From Utricularia gibba (Eukaryota > Plantae > Magnoliophyta): 64,000 bases of DNA. Location of the stretch: assembly GCA_002189035.1 (NCBI GenBank), contig NEEC01000012.1:2108001-2172000 (forward strand), read 5' to 3'. The translations under genes were made by a program, and so were the position numbers. This document shows positions 53,902 to 64,000 of this stretch, piece by piece. How positions within the stretch are numbered: position 1 is the first letter of the stretch; every line of letters begins with the position of its first letter. Below the pieces are notes generated by a model. The model had not been told where the DNA came from. It did no database searches and saw only the letters and a program-made list of their open reading frames with translations.

Positions 53902-54640
53902 GGGTAGCATTGTCAATTTAGCGCCTCTAGGGTTAGTATAGTCAATTCAACTACGCATTGATTTTCTTAAATAATATTTCTTAATTATATATAATATAAA
54001 AATTAATATTTAATACTATGAATCATACATTCTAATAATTTTGTTACTTAAAAATGGTAAAATACAATTTTTTCAATAATTTTATTTGTTTATTTTTTTA
54101 ATGAATATTTTCTAGTCTTCTACAAAACTTCTTTTGAATTCTAAAAGAATATAAAATATATCAATTATGCACATTTTCAAATATGATCAATTTATTATAA
54201 AATTTTATTTAATTATGAATATTTCATATAAATTTAATTATTAAACTTCTTTAAGATCATTTTTATTAATATCCAAAAATACTAATGTGGTATTTTCGAA
54301 AATTGAGTTATTGAATTTTCTTTATTAAATTTATTTTACATTTGTATCAATTTTCGAAAATCATAATATTAAAATAATAGTACAAATTATATTTTAAACT
54401 GTTTCTAAAAGAAAATCAAATTTATTTATTTCAATTTTTATAAAAAATGAAAAACAACTGTATTCATTTCCAAAAATATTTTCTCATTTTCGAAAATACT
54501 GATGTGGTATTTCTGGAAATAGGTAGAGATGCTCTAGCAAACATTAGATAATCAATTAATCTATCCAACAAAACACACATTGTTTTCAAAATTTACCAAC
54601 ATTTATTTTTAACTAAATTAAATAGAGAAAAATTATTATT

Positions 54641-56231
54641 TCAGAAATTACATAGTAACTGCCAGTGCCTTCTGTCCTCGATCCACCTCCACCTAGAACC
54701 AGCAAGCGCAGCAAATCAGACAAGAGAAACACAGAGGGCAGAAACAGAGATAGAAAAAAAAGGGGCGGTGGATTGGTTACCATCGGAAATCCCATCTGGG
54801 CTTGATCTTGGACATCTGGTTGGAGCCATGGGGGTAATCGGTCTCAGCCCTCTTGGCGTTCCGCAGCGCACACCAACCGATGGCGTAAACCCCGATCAGG
54901 AGAAGAATGACGACGATGTTGAGCACCGACACCTTCTGCCAGTCCCTCCGCACCATCTCCATAACCCCGGCTTTGCACGAGGTGCAGTCGTAGCACAGCA
55001 CCGGCATCGTGGGGTTCCACCGGTAGCAGTCGGAGGGGTCCCGTGGCTGCATTTCGTAGTTGCACCAAGCCGGCGGCCTGCAGCATCCCCACTGCAGCAG
55101 AAAATGGATCGGGAGATGGCTCAAACACTCTGTAGCTATAGTGTGAATACTAAAATGGATATACTGATTTATTTCATAACTTTGAATTAAATAAGTAGTT
55201 GTGATTTATGTAATTTATTATTTGTCTACGAGGAAATAAATATGTTTCGATCTCATTCAAATTTAATGTATTGGAGTCAAAGGTATTTGTTGAATAAGTT
55301 GGTAACTTATTTTGATAAGTAAGAGAAATGTAATTTATAAAATAAAGCAGTATTTTTGAAAACTTTTTAAATTTATTTTTTAAAAATTATTTTTAAAAAA
55401 TAATAAATAATAAATAAAAGTAAATTATTTTTTATTTTTTCAAAAATATTTTTATATTATAATTTAAAAAGTATTTTTAATATAATTATTTTTATAAATA
55501 ATAGTATTATAAAATAAGATTATTTTATTTTTAAAAAATAAAAATAGTCTTAAAAAATTTTCAAATACTCAAGTGAAATTTTAAGTAAAGCTATAGATAA
55601 ATTTAAAATATGTAGAAATTAAGTATTAGTTTTAATAAAAATTACTGATAATTAAAAGTCAATTAGTTTGTTATAATTAATTTTAATTTCTAATTTAAAT
55701 TATAAGTTAAAAAATAATTCGTGGGGACTATACCGTAAAAGACACAAACCTGAATAGGCGACATGGTGCTGGTTAGAGAATAGCCATAAGGCATCGTCGT
55801 CATCTTCTTGGCACAAGTATTAGAGCCCACTACGCAGCTTCTGATAGCAGCCCAGTTCCGGTGCACCTTGTTCCTCAACCAAGGTGAATAACTGGTGACG
55901 CGATACTCCCTTCCCGACGGACCATCCACTCCTCCCCCGGGCCCGTCACAACGAACCCGAAAATGGTGAACACGATCAAGGATCCGATGAGCATAATCGT
56001 GATCATGGAGTAAATCCACAGCAACCAGGCTACATGGAAGCACGCCCCGACGAACCCCAAAACGGAGAAGATCAAGATTACGAATCCGATCGCCAGAAGC
56101 GCCGTCTGGAAGAGGCTTTGGCAGCTGGAATCGCTCCTTGTCATCCACAGTCCGACTCCGATCATGGGGATGGAGGCGAGGAGCGTCAGGAGATTGAGGA
56201 ATCCGATCACCGCGTTGCTCAACCTGTACAT
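54641..56231 (-). CDS. Tetraspanin (TET5/TET6-like), 3 exons; apparent -1 frameshift at C-run 55934-55938
   Basis: MYRLSNAVIGFLNLLTLLASIP, YSPWLR, GCC.PP, CY.C.SCKAG, PRWD..WWRW. One extra G restores GPGGGVDGP..EYR. Confidence 0.88.
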
Positions 56232-56550
56232 GGTTGACACAGTGTGTTCGTCTTTTGAAAGAGACCTGGTATATGATGAGGTGCACTTCTTAGGGACTAA
56301 GCAAAGGGGCTTCATTCTGAAGCTAATGAAGAATTTCAGAAAGAATCCACCTTTTGTAATACGGATGGATGGATGCTAATGCAGGAGGATCGATTCGATC
56401 TAATCTTCATCCCCAGATTTAGATAGAAAGCATGTGTTTGGGCACACCAAAGATCATTTTACATATATCTACTCATGTGTTGATACTTTCAGACAGCTTA
56501 TAATTAACAGCATGCTCTAAATAACCAATTAAAATGTGGGTAAATACTAA

Positions 56551-56703
56551 GGCCATGTTTGGTAGTTGGTATAAGTGAAGATAAATCAAATAATGAAATA
56601 AATAATATGTCTCATGCATACCAAAGCTACTTAAATTTATGTTGACATCATGAATAAATTTATATTGAAATAATATATAACGATAAAGCTATCAAACACA
56701 GTC
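56551..56703. mobile_element. Degenerate Tourist-like MITE (153 bp), TAA TSD
   Basis: TAA-GGCCATGTTTGG...TCAAACACAGTC-TAA. Confidence 0.45.
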
Positions 56704-59700
56704 TAAGACCATGTTTCATTTAAAGTAAGAATGAAATAGTTTAGTTTATTAAGTATTACGTGCGGGTTTAATTGAAATCAAATATTTGTAATCACCTTCC
56801 ATTATATATGGGTTTAAATAAAATCTCATATTTTTATTTTTTTACGTGTTTAATAAAACTTTGTACCAAACCCTAAAATATAATCTCTAACCATTCAAAT
56901 GTGGCCAAACTCATCAACCAAAGCTCTAAGTATCGTTTGATAGGAATGTTTGAATTTATTTCGGGTTTAACGTATTTTTTATATAGGTGATCAAAAAATA
57001 ATTTTCAATAAATATTTCAGGAAAGTTAAATTTTAAAATTTTACAAATATTTAAAAATAAGAAAAGTTTCTAAATTTTCAAATTGTTTTAAAGACGTTCA
57101 AAGGAGAGTCTTTTTTTTTAAATAATTTTCTTGGAGAAGTCAGGTGTCGGTGATCGTGGCGGCCCATGAAAACGCGGTGGAGAACATAGAGGCCACGTCG
57201 ACGTTGGAGGTCCTTTTAGGTGGAATTAAATATTGCATGAGATTGATATTTAATGATTCTGCATTAAATAGTGAATGGTGACGTGGAATTAGAGTGTTGG
57301 GGACAATTAAGTAGATGTCGTTATCATTGCAATAACACTTTTGTTTGAACTAACGCAACCGTAATTAACTACCTTTCCCATTTCTTTTATATCCACGTGC
57401 TCACATAACCAATTTCTAAAGAATTTAGATTTGGATTCTATTACTTAGAAAAGACACGTCTTTCATCGCCACACTTTCGTTTATTTAATGAGAATTAAAC
57501 ATTTAATTCTCATTCTCATTATATAATTAATTCCATATGTCATTTTATGCTTCATAACACCTTGAAGTCATACTTGATTATATCATGTTAAATAGCATCA
57601 TGAGTATAATGAAAATTTATCTAATCACAAATATCATGAGGATTTTGTAGTATTAAGATACTTAATCTTATTATATGATATTATTTATTTTAAATATTTA
57701 ATTTTCATGATTTTACTTTATTTCTTTATAAGTAAAATACTTCGTATAAGATCAGTAATGTTACTTTATTTAAGCATGTTTTCTACTCTTACATTTATGT
57801 ATGAGTTATTGTAAACTACGTTCTTGACAGGAAAAGCACCACTATTCAAAAATATTATAGCTAGGAACTTCAATTATAAAATTTTATATGATAACTAATT
57901 CTTTTTTTAACTAACATCTTATACCAATTTATTTTTATTCTTATGTAAATGAACTCGTAAATATCTAATATTGGATAAATTAATTAAAATATCCTAATTC
58001 CTAATTCTCATTTAGAGAGTGAATTAAAAGTACAAACACACATTTAAACCCTGTAGATGATTTTCATGATTTGGGTCATGTATAAAACTGATCATTCATT
58101 CACTCTTTCATATATACCAAGTTAAAATTTTTAACTGAATATGACTATTTTTTTCACATACTTAATCAAGAATGATCAGATTTGTAACACACAGGCTCAC
58201 TTGATATTTCTATTCCTTTTTTTGTTCAAAAAACCTACTCTATCCTTCATTACTTTACATCCTCCAAGTGAAATTATTCAACTAACAACGGCCCATAGGA
58301 TCACATCGCCTACACAACTGGTGGTTTTCTTTTGTTGAATTAATACGCAGAGAAGCAGCCCCCAGAAACCTCTGCAAAGTCCAACGTCAAGAAGAATTTC
58401 TCTTCTACACAATCCAAGGACCATCGTATCAGACTAAGATCCTACCCCAGAAACCGTACCCACTTGAGGCCGCCTACCGGCGAAGCTCCGGCCCTCCACC
58501 TCCGGGAAACGCCTCCATCCTCATCGCCTGAGCATGCGCACCGTGGCTGCTCTGGTGGAAGAAGCAGCAGCTGCAGCTGGTGCATCCGCCGACAAACGGG
58601 TTGAAGGGGATCGTCAAGATTTGAACAACAGAGAGGAAGTCCAATTTGTCAAACTCCTAAGTCCACTGCAATGAATGCGAAGTGATTATCAGGCAATGAA
58701 ATATCTACAACTGCAGCCAACACTTAAATGATGGAGTGACAGGAAAACCATTGACTTTCTGCCTTAAATTCGCTTTGCGTTTTGGTCTTAAAAACATGAT
58801 TATTCAAATGCTGTTACATGGACGCCCTGGACAGTCTGTTTCCCTTTGCGGTACGGTCTTCCCTGTCTTAACGAATAAATGCATTCCTATCCACGTTGTT
58901 TTTACAGATTTTCAAAAGGAAATGCTAAGTTATTACACACACCGTGTGGAAAATGCTTTCTGTTTTCGTGTTTTTTTTTTCCCATAACACTGATTATTAT
59001 ATTCGTAAATTTTATCCAATACGAATATTGACCCAAGATAGTTTTTATTGACGGATATTTTACTTTTAACTTGAAGCTTTGACAAAAAATTTTTACTTTA
59101 TTTTATGTTGAATAAATTAAAAAAGGAATGTGAGTATTTTATTTTAAATTTATCATGCAGATTTAAATAATTAAATGTAAAGTAAATAAATATATCCAAT
59201 ACATTAAATCCATGAGGTTCCTTTCATGCCTTAAATTATATCATAATCAAGCTACCACAAACATTTAAAAATGCCTAAACGATATGAAAAATGAGACAAT
59301 GATGTTTCATTCGAATTCGATTCTAGTTTGAAATAACTTTTGTTTTTAGATGAACGTCACAAAAATAGTTTTGTTATAAAACATGAATGACTTCTATTTG
59401 ATAAAAATTTGAAAATCTAAAAGCGTTTATTATTTTTAAGAATATGTTAAGTTATCAAAATCATTTCTCGAAAATTAACTTTCGATAATAGGAATATGTT
59501 GAAGGAAGGTCATCTGTTGAGAGTTGCTAACATCTGCCATAAACAGAACGCGGTTTTGCTGGCCAAAATCAACTCTTTTCGTCTACAACTCTTGATCTTT
59601 AGGTTTCAGAAAGTTTGATGAACTTTGTTGCTACTTAGGGTGTTCCAGTCTTGTCTTGCAATTATATCGTATTTAATAGGCATCTGGAAAAATGGGGTGC

Positions 59701-59810
59701 AACATCCAAAGGTCAAAGCTTTCCCTTGTGATATAAACCCCTCCCACCATGCTCTCTGTCAATCCATCTCAGAACACAACAAGCAAACCCTAAGAAGGAA
59801 ACAGCCCACA

Positions 59811-60537
59811 ATGAAGATGCTGCAGGTTCTATTGCTGCTCGTCGCGTTTGCTGCAATCGTCGTTGTGATTCCGCTGCTCGAGAGGGAGTCTCGGCATCTG
59901 CAACGGCACTACAAAGTTGTGGAAACCATGATCCAACATGAACAAGGTTTCTGCCCACCCTTTGATTCTTTCTCTTGGGGCAATCTGCGATTCGATTGCT
60001 CGTTTTGATCCTGGATCGAAGAAGAGTAAGATGGTTTACAAGGGTGAGGAGAATTACTATGGGAATCGATTCCGTTTAATCTCATCCTCTTGTATGCTAT
60101 CTTCCTGTTCTTCATGCGAATCCTTGTGCTGCTTTCCCTTTTCAATCAGAATACAATGCGACCCACATAGACATATTTACAGAAGGAGATGTATGCTAAC
60201 AGTATGCCTCGTAATTTTTCCAGAAAATTTTATGAATGAAGCTCCGGAAGAAGCTGCGAGGGAGCTACTGGAATCGGAAGGAGGACGAAGGATACACAGA
60301 AGGAGGCGATGCAAACTCCACCACGGAGGGAAGGGGACTGTCTGCAGCAACAAATGCGTGGACACCAACTCCGATCGGCTCAACTGCGGCCACTGCGGCA
60401 AGAAGTGCCATCTCCACTGGCTTTGCTGCAAGGGAAAGTGCGTTAACGTGTTGAGAGATACGAAGCACTGCGGCACCTGCAACCGAACAGTTTGCCGCAC
60501 ATGCGTTTTCGGGATGTGTGACTACGCGAAAAGATGA
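59811..60537 (+). CDS. STIG1-like secreted Cys-rich protein C (exons 59811-59946, 60224-60537)
   Basis: Paralog of B: same phase-1 intron after EQ-G, 14-Cys domain ending FGMCDYAKR. Confidence 0.85.
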
Positions 60538-61473
60538 AGCGGCGCGTCAAAATAACGTGTAAATATGATCGGCTGACGAAATGCAACGAAGGGAAAATAA
60601 GTCAACTCTGGTAAGAATCAGGACACCGGAATCGGTGAAGTTGAAGCCTCCGTGTCCGAGAATACTACAGTCGTCGTCGTCTGCGGGTTGTATTAAAAAA
60701 TGGAGATATCGATGTATGTCATTTTTGTTTAAAACAAAGTAGCTAATTTTATTATTAAATATGTTTAATTTATATTACAAAATTACTATAAATGTATAAT
60801 ATTTTATTAGAATCACTTTTTAAAAAAGTAGAATTAAACACACTCAATTGAGACACCATTTGTTGGATGTATTTAACCAATAATTTGAATATAACTTATA
60901 TTAAATAGGTCGAAATTGTATTTAATCTTTTTATTAAATATGTACTGTTATGATAGGATTAAAAAATGATTACCTTATAATATACGAAGAATTAAAGAAA
61001 ATTCTGTCTAAATACTAAGAGACTATTCTGTTTTCATAATTTTTTAAAGTGATTATATTTAATTTTTGAAGATTTAAATATTTAACCATTCGATAGTAAA
61101 ATCAAAATTTATATTCTGTAATTCACTTCAGCAATATTAAATTTATAGTATAATACAAAATAGTTTTATAATCTCAAATTAATTCTATTCACAAAATCAG
61201 AAAATTGATTCTATTTTACATAAATTGAAGTAAAAATTAAAATTACAAAAGAGGCCCTAATTGTGTTATATTAGATAACATTTTTTTATGATTACAAAAA
61301 TTGACATTATTTTTGTTCAACCCACTAGGTCTCAACTAACTAAGCGGGTTGCTTTTGATAGTGTAGAATATGTGCTCGCTATGATGATCCCTATAACGAA
61401 CATACATACGACCAAATCTGGGGAGAAGTCGGCGTCCCTGCATCGGCTAGGTTGAGAAGAGAGGCCTGAGGAA

Positions 61474-62551
61474 TCAAGAGCGGTCGCCTTTTGACTTCTC
61501 CAAGCATTCCATGGCTTCTTCGAAGGATTTCTGGAACAGAAGAGCATGCTTAGGAGTAGGAATGAAGGGGATAAATGCAGGGATTTCATCTGGAGCACAT
61601 ACCCCTGGATTCTGCATTTTCCAGAGGGCTGGCCCAGCGGCATCCAGCAAAAATGCTGCCCCTATGACAACACTAGAACGAAGTATGTAAGCAGAAACAC
61701 GAAGGGGAGGAAGAAAGCAAGGCATTTGTAGCTGAAACTGAGATTAAGAGAAAGCAGGTTCAATGTGGCCTCTGTTCTTTTCTGCTGCTCATTAGCAACT
61801 ACAATCGCACAAAAAAACGATCAAGCACTTTTAAATCCTTCAGCGTAAGCATGCATTCAGTTGTAATTCCCAAGTATTGAAAGCATGACTACAAGGGCGG
61901 TGTTGCCAAACAAGCCTAATCATTCTGCATCGAACAGAAGGCCATACGATTGCCATCATTTGAAAATTTCTCAAAGCAATTGAGCTGTTCTAATGCATTC
62001 TTCATATAATTTCAATGTTACTCAGCTCTTTTGACTTCAATTTGGGATGCAAAAACATCGATCCATTTGGAATAAGCATTCCCCAGTCTCAATAAAAAAA
62101 ATAATCAAGCATCAGAAATAGAAGCAAGGAACAATTACCAGGAAAGTGTAGCATTCAACAGAAACGCCTTGGTGGTAACAAATCGAAGACCCATCTCAAT
62201 TTTCGTAAAAATACCGTCAACACCGCCGCCGTAGGCGTTTTTTCTCCCCGACCCACTATACCCATAACCATAACTGTACGAAGAATTAGAAGCGGTTTCA
62301 CCCCTGTAATGAGAAGTACGGCGATTATACGCGGATCTGGCGTGATTGTAATCAGCGCGCTTTACATCATCGATCAGGACCTCATACGCCTCTGATATCC
62401 GTCTAAACCTATGAGCCGCGGATTCGCGTAACTGCTTCGAGGAGTGTGAGTGTTTATCCGGATGGAACTCCATCGCCAATTTTCTGAAAGCCTTTTTAAT
62501 TTCTTCCTTGCTCGCGTTGTTGTTCACACCCAGAGCCCTGTAATGATCCAT
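61474..62551 (-). CDS. Type III J-domain protein (dnaJ72-like), 3 exons
   Basis: J-domain with HPD, Gly/Tyr/Ser linker, C-terminal hydrophobic segment, ALWKMQNPGKSFEEAME. Confidence 0.88.
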
Positions 62552-63027
62552 TTCGGCGATTCTGATCCCGTTCTCCGATAAATCCCCCGCCTAGCTACAA
62601 ATTCGATTCGGCTCCGAGATCAAAAAGCGGCGGTGGGCGGGGACTCTGCTAGTCTGCTGCCGTGGCCATCATTCGGCCGCATGCAATTTCTGGTTCCATT
62701 TTTTTGTTGGTAAGTATATAATTTCTGGTTCCATTTTCATATTTTTTTATAATTTCTAATCAATTTAATAAATTTAAAAATCAATCTGCCTCAAAATTAA
62801 TATCATATTAGACTATAAACTCATGTTAATATTCATATTATGCTTTTGGGTTTTTTATTCTTTGATTATTGCTATAATTAAATATTAACTAGTAAAATGA
62901 ATAATAAAAACATTAAAAATAATTTAATTAATTTTTCTAATAACAATAATTATTTATCGGAATATACTTAATATTTTGAAATATTAACTACTATTTTAGT
63001 TAACATTTTTTATTCATGATATTTAAT

Positions 63028-64000
63028 TTAAAATATAATATTTCCATATAACAGGCTGCAGTCTGCAGCTGCCAAAACGGCCGGTGCGAGAAAATGGAAG
63101 AACCGAGCGTTGGCGGCCTGTGTGAAATGGTAGCCATCCCAGCTGATGTACTGCCCCGGATTAGGGCAAACCGGAACTCCCGGTCCGCCGCAAAATCCGG
63201 GCTTGGTAACGTCGTACTCGTAGGTGCCGCAGCACTGGTGCACGGCAGTGCTCACATTGATCCCTGTCAAAGCAGTTTCGTGTTTAATAATTACTGACGT
63301 TCTCTTTTTTTTACAAGGGAAGAGAGTAATTCTGAGTTACCGTAGAGGGGCGCAGAGAGGAGGAAGAGCTGGAAGGTGTTGTAGTTGTCTAAGTAAGTGA
63401 CCTTGGCATCGGAGAATGCCACGGGCAGTGTTGCAATGGCATGCTGCAGGAGGCTGTTTAGGAGGATTGCAACTCCGTTCACAGCCTCGCTGCACCCGTA
63501 CTTATTGCGTAGGAAAGCGTTGGCACTGGAAGCGGCGCGGGGAGTGCATCCTATCGGAAATAAACCGGGAACTATGATCTTGGATGCCCCAGCGATATCA
63601 GTTCCTGTTCACAGGAAGGTGAATCAGAAGATCAGGCACGGTGGGTTTTCTCGTTTTCAATTCTGGATGCAGAATGCTTATTTATGTTGATGGTTTTCCT
63701 GCAGAAACTTTACCTTGACACCATCAAGGATGGCTTGAACAATGAAAGGAAGCAAAGCTTCAGTCTGTTCCATCGTCTTGTTTGCAAAGACTGCGAAGTT
63801 GATATCGTTCACACCGAATTCACCAAAGTAAAACAAAGAACTTCTCAACTTGTCCCTACACTCTGCAAAGTTGATTCGATATTGTCGAACGTTGTTACTG
63901 GGAATCACAATTGAGAAACATTCTGAATGAAACCTGATTCAGTGGAGCAAAGTGATCCAAGGTGGTCCTTAAACCACCCTAATTGATGGGAGAGGTCTGG
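63028..64000 (-). CDS. GDSL esterase/lipase, 3' part only (5' end outside window); apparent -1 frameshift at C-run 63587-63590
   Basis: SLFYFGEFGVNDI, PGLFPIGC, YISWDGYHFTQAAN (DxxH catalytic block). Confidence 0.88.

Overview
Eudicot nuclear genomic DNA: AT-rich intergenic tracts and compact multi-exon genes. No rRNA, tRNA or CRISPR array could be supported. The first 24 kb is a rearranged tandem segmental duplication. Two copies of [ALP1/HARBI1-like domesticated Harbinger gene - MITE - unannotated block X - KCS fatty-acid elongase gene] are separated by a third copy of block X. ALP1-like copy 2 carries a 1.23-kb solo LTR in exon 2. The rest holds a MAPK pseudogene, SCPL-II carboxypeptidase, holocarboxylase synthetase, TM9SF, CNGC5/6-like channel, a small membrane protein, VDAC, three STIG1-like genes, a tetraspanin, a DnaJ and a partial GDSL lipase. 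Major caveat: eight otherwise intact genes each need exactly +1 nt, seven of them at 4-5 nt G/C runs. This looks like long-read consensus error, not pseudogenisation. Best leads: (1) a STIG1-like gene with a duplicated Cys-rich domain whose first copy's tail appears to have become a 76-nt intron; (2) an LTR-derived splice acceptor that would restore an in-frame ALP1-like protein of exactly the original length; (3) a 60-bp cluster of non-synonymous changes in a predicted pocket loop between near-identical KCS paralogs; (4) the triplicated, transcript-like but unidentified block X; (5) an overlapping uORF in HCS reminiscent of the Arabidopsis HCS1 dual-targeting switch. All gene identities are by recalled motif or family similarity; no database search was run.
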